A DNA stretch of 64,000 bases from Candidatus Latescibacterota bacterium (lineage in GTDB: Bacteria > Latescibacterota > UBA2968 > UBA8231). The notes below the pieces were generated by a model. The model saw only the letters and a list, made by a program, of their open reading frames with translations. It had not been told where the DNA came from and did no database searches. Of this stretch, positions 8,508 through 18,154 are shown one piece after another. Position 1 is the stretch's first letter. Every line of letters starts with the position of its first letter. Both the position numbers and the translations under genes were made by a program. The DNA lies in contig OZ241362.1 in NCBI GenBank assembly GCA_965200315.1, positions 512,001 through 576,000 on the forward strand. The letters are read 5' to 3'.

Positions 8508-10136
8508 TCAATCTTCCACCACATGTAACCGCTGGTTGACAGCCAAGTCTTTGAGCACTTGTATCCCCCCGGCCGGCCAGTGAATTTCCAGCCGCTCGAT
8601 GCGTTCGGCTGTTCCCAAGCCAAACACGGGGTCGCGCTGACTAGTCGAGAGGAAACCCGACCCGGCCTTGACCTCCCTGAACTGCCGTCGGCCATCGGCC
8701 CATAGATACAGGCGGGTGCCGATGCCGTCGCGATTGCTCTGCCGGCCTTCTAGCGCGACCGCGAGGTAGTTGCCTCGGGGACCGTCGTTGCGCAGCAGGG
8801 CGAAGCGGCGGCCGTTGTTGACGAGGGCAATGTCCAAGTCGCCATCTTGGTCAATGTCCCCAAAGGAGGAGCCGCGCACCACGTAGGCGGCTGCGAAAGC
8901 CGGACCGCTTTCAGCGGTCACCTCGCGGAAGACACCCGCGCCCCCATTGCGAAAGAGCTGGGCCTGTTGCGCGTAGGTCACCAACTCGTCGTACTGTTCG
9001 ATGTTGTCGTGGACGTGGCCGTTGCCCACGAACAGGTCGAGGTACCCATCGTTGTCGAAATCGAAAAACCCCGTGCCAAAGCCAAGGTAGTTCAGGCTGA
9101 GGTCGCCGAGGCCAGCCTTGAAGCTGATCTCGGAGTAAAACGAGCCATCGTTGCGATAGAGCCCGTTGTTTTCCAACTGGTAGTTGGTGACGAAGAGGTC
9201 GAGGTCGCCGTCTTGGTCTATGTCGCCAGCATCGACGCCCATGCCCGCTTGGCTAGCCCCGTCGGCGCTCAGCGCGGTCCCGGCCAGCAAGCCGGTCTCG
9301 GCAAAGGTGCCGTCGCCTTGGTTGACGTAGTGGAAATTGGGCGTCAAGTCGTTGGCCACGTATATGTCCGGGTCGCCGTCCCCATCGAAGTCGCCAGCCA
9401 CGGCGCCTAGCCCATTGCCCTCACCCGTGATACCCGCTTGGCGGCCGATCTCGGAAAAGACGCCGCGGCCCTCATTGCGGTAGAGAATGTCTGCGGTGGA
9501 AGCAAAGACTCGTGGATCGCAGTAGAAGCGCAGCCCCATGTCCTCGCGTCCACACCAAGGCTGCTCCCCCAAGACAAAGCGGACGTATTGCGCGGCAAAG
9601 AGGTCAAGGTCGCCGTCGAGATCGTAGTCGAACGCAACGGCGCTAGTCGTCCATCCCGTGTGGCCGAGACCGGCCTCGTCCGTTGCATCGACATAACCCC
9701 CCTCTTCGCGCCGGTAGAACTGGTCTGGCCCCCACGCCGTCAGATAGAGGTCTGGGTCGCCGTCGCCATCGTAGTCGGCCGCGGTCACCCCCATGCCATA
9801 GGAAGTGCCAAGCGCACCCGCTACGCCATCCACCCGTGCAAAGATGCGCCCGTCGTTGCGAAAGAGCTGATTAGAGGCTGTGCCCCGCCCCCGCTCCAAG
9901 TCCCCGCTGTTGACCAAGTACAAGTCCCAATCTCCGTCACCGTCGTCGTCGAGAAAGGCACTGCCAGCACCGTTGGTCTCGGGCAGTCGCTTTTGCGGCG
10001 AGGACCCATTGTCGTGGACGAAGTCAATGCCTAATTCGCGGGCGACCTCCGCGAAGTGGCTCTGCCCATAGCTAGCTGCCGACAGCAGGAGCACGAGCAG
10101 CAGGCTTCGACCTGAGCCCAGCCGAAGGGCACCCAC
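8508..10136 (-). CDS. CRTAC1-family FG-GAP repeat protein with C-terminal ASPIC/UnbV domain
   Basis: Signal peptide; repeated DxDGDGDxDL motifs; SNRDGIG...GSGFLS...FGLG...IHWP. Confidence 0.9.
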   Translation of the reverse strand: MGALRLGSGRSLLLVLLLSAASYGQSHFAEVARELGIDFVHDNGSSPQKRLPETNGAGSAFLDDDGDGDWDLYLVNSGDLERGRGTASNQLFRNDGRIFARVDGVAGALGTSYGMGVTAADYDGDGDPDLYLTAWGPDQFYRREEGGYVDATDEAGLGHTGWTTSAVAFDYDLDGDLDLFAAQYVRFVLGEQPWCGREDMGLRFYCDPRVFASTADILYRNEGRGVFSEIGRQAGITGEGNGLGAVAGDFDGDGDPDIYVANDLTPNFHYVNQGDGTFAETGLLAGTALSADGASQAGMGVDAGDIDQDGDLDLFVTNYQLENNGLYRNDGSFYSEISFKAGLGDLSLNYLGFGTGFFDFDNDGYLDLFVGNGHVHDNIEQYDELVTYAQQAQLFRNGGAGVFREVTAESGPAFAAAYVVRGSSFGDIDQDGDLDIALVNNGRRFALLRNDGPRGNYLAVALEGRQSNRDGIGTRLYLWADGRRQFREVKAGSGFLSTSQRDPVFGLGTAERIERLEIHWPAGGIQVLKDLAVNQRLHVVED

Positions 10137-10138
10137 TG

Positions 10139-10999
10139 CTATCCCCTGAGCAGCGGATCAATATGGTCCTTGGCGCGCAACAAACCTTCCTGTTGCAGTT
10201 CGGGCGTCTGCCAGAAGTAGTGATCTTCGAGTTCCACCGAGAGCACGCCGTCGTAACCCGCGTCTTCGAGTCGGCGTATTACGAAGTTCCAATCTACCTC
10301 GCCCTCGCCGGGGATGGTATAGCGCCACCAGCCCTCGCCGCACACGTAGGTCGAGCTGTATGCCTCGCCCAAGTTGCCGGATTCGTAGAGCTTTTCCGGC
10401 ATGATCTCGGTATCCTTGAGATGGACGTGCCGCACGCGGTCGCCAAACTCGTGCAAGAGCCGCTGATAGTCTATTTGCAGGCGCACGAAGTGGGAGGGAT
10501 CGTAGCAGATGCCCAGCCGTGGCGACGGGCACACTTCAAAAATCAAGCGCAGGCTCTCGGGCGAGCAACCCAGATTGGGGTAGTGGGGCCGGCCGCCCGG
10601 CCAAGGTTCAATGGCGATATTGACGCCCACCTTCTCGGCGTGGGCCACGACTCGGGGATAGACCTTGGAAAAAATCTCAAAGGTCTCGGCTTTGGACATG
10701 CTCGGGTCGTCTGGGCCGAGCACGGTAAAGAGCGTGTGGCCGCCGTGCCGGGCAATCGCGCTCAGGCTCTTCTTGAGCTCGCTCAAGCCCTTGCGGCGCT
10801 TGGCCGCGTCGCGGGTGAGGACTTGGCCGCCACCGTCCGAAGTGCCGATGGCCAAGCCTAATTGATCGCAGGTGCGGGCAATCTGGCGGGTCAAAGGCGG
10901 GGTATCGACCGCGCCAAAACCGCTGTCGGCCAACCACGCGGCATAGGCGTCAAAGCCGATCTGCTGGGAAAACGGGGGCATGCGGGTGCCGATTTTCAT
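10139..10999 (-). CDS. Sugar phosphate isomerase/epimerase (xylose isomerase-like TIM barrel)
   Basis: IAIEP, YDPSH, HVHLKD, PGEGEVDW, LSVELE. Confidence 0.88.
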   Translation of the reverse strand: MKIGTRMPPFSQQIGFDAYAAWLADSGFGAVDTPPLTRQIARTCDQLGLAIGTSDGGGQVLTRDAAKRRKGLSELKKSLSAIARHGGHTLFTVLGPDDPSMSKAETFEIFSKVYPRVVAHAEKVGVNIAIEPWPGGRPHYPNLGCSPESLRLIFEVCPSPRLGICYDPSHFVRLQIDYQRLLHEFGDRVRHVHLKDTEIMPEKLYESGNLGEAYSSTYVCGEGWWRYTIPGEGEVDWNFVIRRLEDAGYDGVLSVELEDHYFWQTPELQQEGLLRAKDHIDPLLRG

Positions 11000-11026
11000 G
11001 GGGTATTCCCTTCTATATGGGTTGGA

Positions 11027-12181
11027 TTAAATGGGTATGCGGCCCTGCTTCTCTGGATCGACCCACTGGGTTACTACCAGCGAGACAAGGGCCAAGAGTG
11101 CGCCGCTGACAAAAATGACCTCGTAGCCAAACAAGAGCCAGGCGTATCCGCCGACTAAGGGGGCGGCCACGGCCGCGACGTGGTTCATGGTCACCCCCAT
11201 AGAGAGGGTGGGTTTGAGTTCGTCTGGGGGCGCGATTTTGTGCGCGTAGGTCGTTAGCGCGATTCCGCCGAAGAAGATGAGGTTGTCGAGGCAATAGAGC
11301 GCGTACAGGCTCAGCCGGTGCTCCACGAACGCGTAGCCCAAAAAGACGAAGACCAACACGCTATAACTTAGCGTGAGCATCCGCCGCTCACCAAAGCGAT
11401 CGACCAAACGGCCCATCCACGCAGCCGTCAAGGTGATGAGCACTTGGTTGATCAACACTAAGACCATGGTCGTCTCCACCGGCATCCCGTGAACTTTCAC
11501 GAGGGCGAAGATGGCGAAGGTGATGAACATCTGCTTGCGCAGGCCCTGAAGGAAATTCAGGGCATAGTAGAGCAGATAGCGCCGCTTGAATACCAAGCGC
11601 TTCTCGCCGGCCGGCCGGTCCTTGGTATCGGCCCAAAACAGGGCCAAACCGCCCGCGGCCGTACACGCACCGGCCAAGACAAAGCCCCCCTCATAGCGCA
11701 AAAACTCCAGTCCCACCATGCACACGCCAATCGCCGCTAGCCAAGCCAAGCTGCTGATACTGCGCAATTGTCCCAGCCAGCGGCCCTTATCCGCGGTTGG
11801 GCTGTAGTTCAAGCCCATGCTCTGCTCTAGCGGGAGCCAGCAGTGAAAACCCAAGCTCCACACCAGCGAGCACGAGGCCAGCATGAAAACCGAGGACACC
11901 TCGGCGTACGCGGCAAGCCCAATCCCCATCACCACCAGTGAAACTGCGGCAACTTTCGGCGGGGCCCAGCGGACGATCAGCACCAGAAAGAACGCGTTGA
12001 GAAAACCGGGGACTTCGCGCAGGGCTTCCACATAGCCCAACTCGTGCGGCTCAATGCCCAGCCGTTCGACGATGAAGTTGTTGAACAGGGTCAACTGCAC
12101 CCCGAAGAACACCCCCGTCCCGGCCACGGCCACGGCTAAGAGCGCGAAGTTTTTATTCCACTCTGCGAAAGGATTGGCGAT
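11027..12181 (-). CDS. MFS transporter (start uncertain: ATC 12181 or GTG 12133)
   Basis: ~12 hydrophobic segments, GRLVDRFGERR motif; SD-like AAGGGGG precedes an in-frame ATC. Confidence 0.85.
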   Translation of the reverse strand: MANPFAEWNKNFALLAVAVAGTGVFFGVQLTLFNNFIVERLGIEPHELGYVEALREVPGFLNAFFLVLIVRWAPPKVAAVSLVVMGIGLAAYAEVSSVFMLASCSLVWSLGFHCWLPLEQSMGLNYSPTADKGRWLGQLRSISSLAWLAAIGVCMVGLEFLRYEGGFVLAGACTAAGGLALFWADTKDRPAGEKRLVFKRRYLLYYALNFLQGLRKQMFITFAIFALVKVHGMPVETTMVLVLINQVLITLTAAWMGRLVDRFGERRMLTLSYSVLVFVFLGYAFVEHRLSLYALYCLDNLIFFGGIALTTYAHKIAPPDELKPTLSMGVTMNHVAAVAAPLVGGYAWLLFGYEVIFVSGALLALVSLVVTQWVDPEKQGRIPI

Positions 12182-12314
12182 AGCAGCCCCCTTGTTGATG
12201 TAGTGAATTCAAGTGTGCTTTCCTCTCGCAGTCAACCGAGCGCCCGGCCACTTGACGCCCGGATGGACAGCCCTTAAGCTAGCGTTTCCAACCAACGCAA
12301 AGGAGATTGTTACG

Positions 12315-13058
12315 ATGGCCGACGAACGCGTCTTTGTTGGCGACCTGACCCGCAAGGAATTCCGCGAGCGCATCCAAGCGGGCACGATCAAGGCCGCCAT
12401 AGTACCCACCGCCGCAACCGAACAGCACAACGAACACCTGCACATGATCCACGACACCTTCCACGCCAGCTATATGGCCGAGCACGCAGCCAAAAAGCTC
12501 CTGCCCCAAGTAGTGGTAGCCACTCCAGTGGGCATCGGCGTTTCCGAGCACTGGATGAAGCACATCGGCACCCTGACTGTGCGGCCGGAAATTTTCTGCG
12601 AATACGTCTTCGACGTCTGCCATTCACTTGCGAGGGCTGGCGTTGAGAACATCTTGGTGCTCAACGGCCACGGCGGCAACGTCAAACCCATGATGCGCCG
12701 CATTGACGAATACCGGGAAAAACTCGGCGTCAACCTCCGCTTCCAGTCCTATTGGGACGTATATGACCCCGACTACGTGCAGCAATACATGGAGCAGGGG
12801 CGCCTGCCTGGGCACGCCGACGAATTCGAGACCTCGACTATGCTCTATCTAGCACCGGAGCGCGTACAGACCGAGGCCATTGACAACCCGGCCGCCGCCT
12901 TGGGTACGCGTACCAAGGGCGAAGCCCTAGTGGGGCCAGCCGTGGCCGGGGTCGCTGCGCTGTTGGAACAAATGATCGCCGGCGAGGAAATCGACCTGCC
13001 GCCGGTGACCTTCTATCCAGAAGGCAAGCGCAACCTCGTTACCGGCGAGCCGGTCTGA
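12315..13058 (+). CDS. Creatininase/creatinine amidohydrolase family protein
   Basis: TEQHNEHL..HD, SEHW, NGHGGN, HADEFETS; AAGGAG SD. Confidence 0.9.
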   Translation: MADERVFVGDLTRKEFRERIQAGTIKAAIVPTAATEQHNEHLHMIHDTFHASYMAEHAAKKLLPQVVVATPVGIGVSEHWMKHIGTLTVRPEIFCEYVFDVCHSLARAGVENILVLNGHGGNVKPMMRRIDEYREKLGVNLRFQSYWDVYDPDYVQQYMEQGRLPGHADEFETSTMLYLAPERVQTEAIDNPAAALGTRTKGEALVGPAVAGVAALLEQMIAGEEIDLPPVTFYPEGKRNLVTGEPV

Positions 13059-14088
13059 GCACGACCCCCAGCGCTTCGGCTGGCGACTCGACGAGTACAT
13101 CTACGGCCGCGGCGATCTCTTCAAGCACAAACTCGTGGGTATAGAGCGGTTGGACGCGCAGCTTCCCGGCGGCCATGGCGCACAGACACTCGGCTAGGTT
13201 GCGCTGAGTCGGCCATTCGACGAAGACCTCGGGATATGCTTGGCCGCGCTCATAAGCTGGGTCGTGATAGCCAGGACCAGTGCGCGCCGCACTCCGCACA
13301 TCCACATTGCCCAGCGCGGCCCCAAACCCGTGCGCTACCTGCGCTCCTCCCACCAAGACAATGCGCCCCATGCGATGCGTATCCGGCGCTTGCTTTAGGC
13401 TCTGATAGATGGCGACAAACGCATCGCTGGCCTCGCCGCCAAAGGCAATGACGCCGAAATCCATACCATACCCTTGGGTAAATTCTCCGGCCTGCTCAAC
13501 CACATCCTGCCCGGCCGGATCGACGACGCCCTCTATGCCCACCTGCCGGGCAATGTCTCGACGGCGCGCAAAGCGATCGGCCCCCAAAACGTGACAGCCG
13601 CTTAGCTGGGCAAATTGAGCCGTAAACTGGCCGACCAAGCCCAACCCGACGACGATCCCATTCTCCCCGTACAAAGGGGCTGTGCGGCGCACCGCGTGTA
13701 ATCCGGTCGCCGCCAGATGTACAGACGCGGCCTCGGCAAAGCCAACGCCTGCGGGTATGGCCGCGCACAAATTCTGCGGCACGCAGGCCCAATCCGCGTG
13801 CAGGGCGTACCCACCCCCCATGCAGGCCACGCCCTGCCCCACTGCAAATTGCGCTACCCCAGCCCCGACCTCCTCAACGACGCCGGCGTTGCTATAGCCA
13901 AAAGGGCGCGGCGGCCTGTGGGGCTGGGGGTTTTCTCGCATCGCCCCCACCCGCCCCAACTCGCTCCCCGGGCTGATCACCGAAGCCTCCACTCGCACCT
14001 TTACCTCGCCGGGGCCGAGTGCGGGCATGGCTTCCTCTAGGTACACTCCCTGACCACGGCCATCAATAGCGGCGACTTTCCGCTGCAT
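13039..14088 (-). CDS. MDR (zinc-binding alcohol dehydrogenase-like) oxidoreductase
   Basis: ISPGSE, GYSNAG, GLGLVG; AAGGAGG SD. Confidence 0.85.
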   Translation of the reverse strand: MQRKVAAIDGRGQGVYLEEAMPALGPGEVKVRVEASVISPGSELGRVGAMRENPQPHRPPRPFGYSNAGVVEEVGAGVAQFAVGQGVACMGGGYALHADWACVPQNLCAAIPAGVGFAEAASVHLAATGLHAVRRTAPLYGENGIVVGLGLVGQFTAQFAQLSGCHVLGADRFARRRDIARQVGIEGVVDPAGQDVVEQAGEFTQGYGMDFGVIAFGGEASDAFVAIYQSLKQAPDTHRMGRIVLVGGAQVAHGFGAALGNVDVRSAARTGPGYHDPAYERGQAYPEVFVEWPTQRNLAECLCAMAAGKLRVQPLYTHEFVLEEIAAAVDVLVESPAEALGVVLRPARR

Positions 14089-14110
14089 AAGCACCTCCTT
14101 CTCGTGCTGC

Positions 14111-14142
14111 TATTACTTATATATTTACTTATATTTACTTAT
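14111..14142. repeat. AT-rich 10-bp tandem (ATATTTACTT x2 plus a partial copy) between divergent genes
   Basis: tattacttat atatttactt atatttactt at. Confidence 0.6.
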
Positions 14143-14173
14143 TCTTTGTATCTATCGCCCTATTCGAGGCCCT

Positions 14174-14944
14174 GTGAACGTCATCATCGCTGCAATTTTA
14201 GGCGGCATCTTCTTGGTTTGGGGCGGGTTTTTGGGCCTGCTCCGCATCGCGGATCCCTTCGAGCGCAAACATGTGTTGATCCTCGCCGCGTACACCACTA
14301 TGGTCGTCGGCTGTGTCATGGGCCTGGTGCTCTTTATCAATCACGATCAGCAAAAGAAACACCGCTCCCAGCTAGACGAGCAAATGGACGAGTTCTCCAC
14401 TCGCCTCTCCGATCTGAGCACCCGACTCATTGGCCAGCTAGAGGAAAAAGCCAATCTGACCACTTCTGAATTCGAGATTCGCTCCCGCCTACAAAACGAA
14501 GTGGATCACCACAAGCGCACCCTCAACCAATTAGCGACCCAAATCGAGCACAACAACGCCCTGCAAAACAAAATGGACGCCGAGCGCAAGGAGCGGCTGC
14601 GCTACCAAGCCGACACCGACCGCAAGCTCGAAGAACGCTTCGAGCAGGAGGACTTGCGCTACCAAAACCTCGCCAAGACCCACCAGCGCTCTTTAGCCAG
14701 CATACAGGCGCAGTTTGGCCCCCTCAACAGCACCTTGACCCGCCTGCAAGAGCAAACCGCAACCTTGCAGAGCAATCAGCAGGCGATTATAGACAGGATC
14801 GCCGCCGCCCGCGGGACTCAGAGGCTCTCGGCGCAAAAACTCGATGCGCTCGCCCGCAGCCTGAGCGCCCTGTCCAACGACTTTAACCAAACTATGGCGC
14901 AAATTGATAGCCTATATAATAGAACATCTATCCCAACACCTTAA
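14174..14944 (+). CDS. Hypothetical membrane protein, 2 TM + long coiled coil
   Basis: Two N-terminal hydrophobic helices followed by Q/E/L heptads. Confidence 0.75.
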   Translation: MNVIIAAILGGIFLVWGGFLGLLRIADPFERKHVLILAAYTTMVVGCVMGLVLFINHDQQKKHRSQLDEQMDEFSTRLSDLSTRLIGQLEEKANLTTSEFEIRSRLQNEVDHHKRTLNQLATQIEHNNALQNKMDAERKERLRYQADTDRKLEERFEQEDLRYQNLAKTHQRSLASIQAQFGPLNSTLTRLQEQTATLQSNQQAIIDRIAAARGTQRLSAQKLDALARSLSALSNDFNQTMAQIDSLYNRTSIPTP

Positions 14945-14954
14945 GGAGCCGACA

Positions 14955-15770
14955 ATGAAACGCATCCTCATCCCTTTCCTCGCCCTATTCCTCGCCGCCT
15001 GCGCCGATAAGGAGCAGGAAATGCTCCTCCTCCAATTACAAAGCGACATGGTCCGCGCCAGCGCCGCCATTGACTCACTGACGTACTCGCTCGACGACTC
15101 CAACCGCTTGCTCGACGACATGCGGGCACAAGTGGACAGCACCCAACAGGTCAATGACAAGCTCCTCGAAAGCGTACAGAAGCTCAACAAGGAACTGCGG
15201 CACTGGAGCAACTTGGCCACCGAATACAAGCAGAGCAATGCGCGGTTAAAGAGCGAAATCGAGCAGCTAAGGCGGGAAAAGCAAGCGGATCGCTACACCA
15301 TTTCCCAACTGCGCACCGAGACCGACCGCCTCAATGGCGAGTTACTGGAAACCCATAGCAGCATCCGCCGCCAGAGCGATCACATCCGCCGCTTAGAGCA
15401 AGAGGTGGCCCAGACCAAGGCCGAACTGGACGAAGCTAAATCCCGGCAAAACGCAGTGTATCTCTACGCTGCCAACGAGACCCAACTCGTAGAGCAAGGC
15501 TACCTCAAAACTAACCGGCCCTTTGGCAGCGGGTTCCGCAAGCAATACGAGTTAATTAAAAAAATTGACCGCGACAACCCAAGTACCCAAGTCGCACCCA
15601 TTGGCCAAGCCATCGCGCTACGCGGCGAGGTCGAGGCCCTTGTCGATCACTACGGCAAGCTCAGGAAGGGGGATGACTACGAAATGACGCACGGCGAAGC
15701 CGGAGTACAGGTCTCGTTCCTCAACGAGCTAGCCGGTGGCACGGGCGTCTTGGCGATACTCAAGGAATAG
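14955..15770 (+). CDS. Hypothetical coiled-coil lipoprotein
   Basis: Lipobox LAAC, ~170-aa coiled coil, globular C-terminus; AAGGAG SD. Confidence 0.8.
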   Translation: MKRILIPFLALFLAACADKEQEMLLLQLQSDMVRASAAIDSLTYSLDDSNRLLDDMRAQVDSTQQVNDKLLESVQKLNKELRHWSNLATEYKQSNARLKSEIEQLRREKQADRYTISQLRTETDRLNGELLETHSSIRRQSDHIRRLEQEVAQTKAELDEAKSRQNAVYLYAANETQLVEQGYLKTNRPFGSGFRKQYELIKKIDRDNPSTQVAPIGQAIALRGEVEALVDHYGKLRKGDDYEMTHGEAGVQVSFLNELAGGTGVLAILKE

Positions 15771-15777
15771 CTTGGCC

Positions 15778-16197
15778 TCACCAAGTGTGGACATAGACTG
15801 CCGAGCGCACCTTTTCTCCGGCTTGGTCGGTCGAGAGCAGCGAGTCGGCAAACGACGCGTGTTTGGCCAGCCGCTCTCGGCTCCCCCCTTTGAGAAACAA
15901 ATGCAAACTAGCTTCGGGCTCGGCGACCAGCCGGCGCACCATCCGACGGAATTCCCACTCGCTCAAGGGGTTGTCGATGGTGTAGCCATCGCGCGATAGC
16001 CCCGTACCCGCGCTCGTGTACAGCACGACCCGATCCCCGGGCTGTGGGTCGTGGCGATGCACCCGCCAGACCGGTTGCGTTGCATTGAGGATCATAATGC
16101 CCAAGCTCAGCATCAGCATCATAATGCCCAAGAAGAGTTCCTTGCTGATATCGTGCTCTTCGAGCTCGGCGGATTGGCGTTTGAGATAGCGGCTCAC
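15778..16197 (-). CDS. Divergent ExbD/TolR-like single-TM protein
   Basis: 139 aa, one N-terminal TM after acidic residues; GTGA overlap with the ExbB-like gene. Confidence 0.55.
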   Translation of the reverse strand: MSRYLKRQSAELEEHDISKELFLGIMMLMLSLGIMILNATQPVWRVHRHDPQPGDRVVLYTSAGTGLSRDGYTIDNPLSEWEFRRMVRRLVAEPEASLHLFLKGGSRERLAKHASFADSLLSTDQAGEKVRSAVYVHTW

Positions 16198-16979
16198 AAT
16201 CTTCTATTCCTCTCTCTGACCCAAGCGTCCTCCTGCCGGGCGAGCCGCTGGACCAAATTGTCGGCAACCTTGCGCAGGGGCAAGTAGGCCAAGAGGCCGA
16301 CGAGCGTGGTCTTAAAGGCCAAAACCAAGCCCTCGGCCATGGCACTAAGCGCCTTAAAGGTCTGGGTCGCCTCGTCAATCTGACTCAATTCCTGCGCGGT
16401 CAGCAGGATGCCGCAAACCGTGCCCAAGTAGCCGTATAGAGGTATCCTCGCCAGATCGCGGCGCACGTGCGTCAAAGGGTCGCCGAGAAAGCCTACAAGT
16501 TCGTCCACCAACGCCTCGTCTCGGCTCTTGAGGTCGCCGTAGCTGGCGGATTGGCGCTGCAGTTCTGCTAGCTGTTCCATTCTCTGGCGGCCCAAGGTGT
16601 TGGAGCCGGGACCGCCGCGCCGCGCCCAAGCTCGCTCCTCGCGCCGCAGATGCAAGCTAATATGTACCAAGCTCAACAGATGACCGCCAGCCGACCAAGT
16701 GATCAGCGCGTATGAGGAGCGGCCAATCCACGCAAAGGCACTGGCCGGCTGCGGGTTGATGAAGAGGTAATAAGCGGCCAGTGCCCCGACGATCAACCCG
16801 GCCAGCAAGCCTATACAGCTAGCCAAGTACTGCAGGCGGGGCAGGTTCAGAGAGTAGGCTGCGTCGTGCCGGCGCATGCGCCGCGCCCGGCGCAGGTGCA
16901 AACAGCTAACCGAGACGCCGCCGGCCAGCACCAACAGGATGCTGCTGACTAGTACCAATTCGTCGCTCAAGAGATCCAT
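16194..16979 (-). CDS. MotA/TolQ/ExbB proton channel family protein
   Basis: IPLYGYLGTVCGI and AFKTTLVGL signature helices; three extra N-terminal TMs. Confidence 0.8.
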   Translation of the reverse strand: MDLLSDELVLVSSILLVLAGGVSVSCLHLRRARRMRRHDAAYSLNLPRLQYLASCIGLLAGLIVGALAAYYLFINPQPASAFAWIGRSSYALITWSAGGHLLSLVHISLHLRREERAWARRGGPGSNTLGRQRMEQLAELQRQSASYGDLKSRDEALVDELVGFLGDPLTHVRRDLARIPLYGYLGTVCGILLTAQELSQIDEATQTFKALSAMAEGLVLAFKTTLVGLLAYLPLRKVADNLVQRLARQEDAWVRERNRRL

Positions 16980-18154
16980 CCCTTCGCGCTGAACAGCTTC
17001 CACCACTGCCGACTTATCACCCCTAGATAGAACAACAGGCCGGTCGCAATCCCCCACAGTTGCCACGGCGCGCTGCGGCTAACCTGGATACTCCGAGCAG
17101 GCGATTCCCCCACGCCCGCTCCCGTAGCGCGGCCCTCGCCTCTAGCTGAGCCGGGGGCAGCCGGGGGCGCGTAATCTCGGCGGCGGTCTGCTTCTCCGCG
17201 CACTGTGCCGGTCACGGTACGCTGCGGCACGACGTGGCTCGTGCCTTTGAGGGCTTGTTTTTGGGGAAAAACTAACTCGCGTTGCGCGGCGGGCAGTTCC
17301 TCGGTCCAAGCGAGCAGTTTTTTCGCCGCCTCTATACTTTCGACTTCGGCCAATCTGCTCGCTTTCCCGAGGGAAAAAGCCAGCCGCCCGCGGACAAATC
17401 CCTCGTAGAGCACGTCCTGTGCGGGGCTGCGGCGTGCGTGGAGCTTTTGCGCCAGTTCATCGCGTTGCTTTTGCAGATGCACCAGACGGCTGACGACCAG
17501 ATGAGTCTCCATGAGCTGGTGAGACACGTTGCCGGCCGCACCTCTGAGCGGCCGACGCCGCGCCGCGCGGGCCAATTGTGCGGCGTCGAACTGGGTCTCT
17601 AATTCGACCTCGCCAAACAGCGTCATCCCCCATATGACTTCGGCCCCGGGAATGTCGGGCAAGCTGTGGTTGTAAAAACGCTGCTCGGCCCGCCGGCCAG
17701 CGACCCACCAGTGGCCACCGCCAGTAGCCAGCACCTTGCGCAAGCGGCCGCGGCCGTCTTGCAAGTATAAACCGGCCATAAAGCCGCTTTCGACTCGGTC
17801 TGTGTCCCAGCAATGGGCACGCAAGACATTGGACTCGCGCAGGTACACGACGGGAATTTCGACTCGAGTTGGGGTCAGGCGTGTCTCCCCGATCCGGTGC
17901 CCATTGAGGAATAACTCGGCTTCGTCGTCGGCCCAGAAAATCAGTATCAGTTTGGAATTGGCCGGCAATAACCGGCTGTCTCCTTTGCGCTTTGCCAGTT
18001 CGCGCAGCTTATCCCCCCCATAGAGGCGGACCAAGGTGTCGATGCTGGCGGACACTTGGTTGTACTGTTGCCTGAGTGCCACCACGTCATCAGCGGTCGC
18101 GGCCGCGGCCCAACCGACCCCACACGCTGCCCAAGCCAACCAACGCATCCTCAT
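16967..18154 (-). CDS. Exported protein with jelly-roll-like domain and C-terminal membrane anchor
   Basis: Signal peptide AAAT|A; WADDEAELFLNG..IG motif; Ala/Gly/Pro linker; C-terminal TM. Confidence 0.7.
   Translation of the reverse strand: MRMRWLAWAACGVGWAAAATADDVVALRQQYNQVSASIDTLVRLYGGDKLRELAKRKGDSRLLPANSKLILIFWADDEAELFLNGHRIGETRLTPTRVEIPVVYLRESNVLRAHCWDTDRVESGFMAGLYLQDGRGRLRKVLATGGGHWWVAGRRAEQRFYNHSLPDIPGAEVIWGMTLFGEVELETQFDAAQLARAARRRPLRGAAGNVSHQLMETHLVVSRLVHLQKQRDELAQKLHARRSPAQDVLYEGFVRGRLAFSLGKASRLAEVESIEAAKKLLAWTEELPAAQRELVFPQKQALKGTSHVVPQRTVTGTVRGEADRRRDYAPPAAPGSARGEGRATGAGVGESPARSIQVSRSAPWQLWGIATGLLFYLGVISRQWWKLFSAKGWIS

Noticed and set aside
8252-8695. 147-aa ORF spanning the MITE as a possible transposase
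   Set aside because: No DDE or HTH motifs; it overlaps the CRTAC1 gene out of frame.
15778-16979. Zorya (ZorAB) or flagellar MotAB assignment
   Set aside because: No long ZorA tail, no OmpA-like domain in the partner, and no zorC/D/E or flagellar genes.
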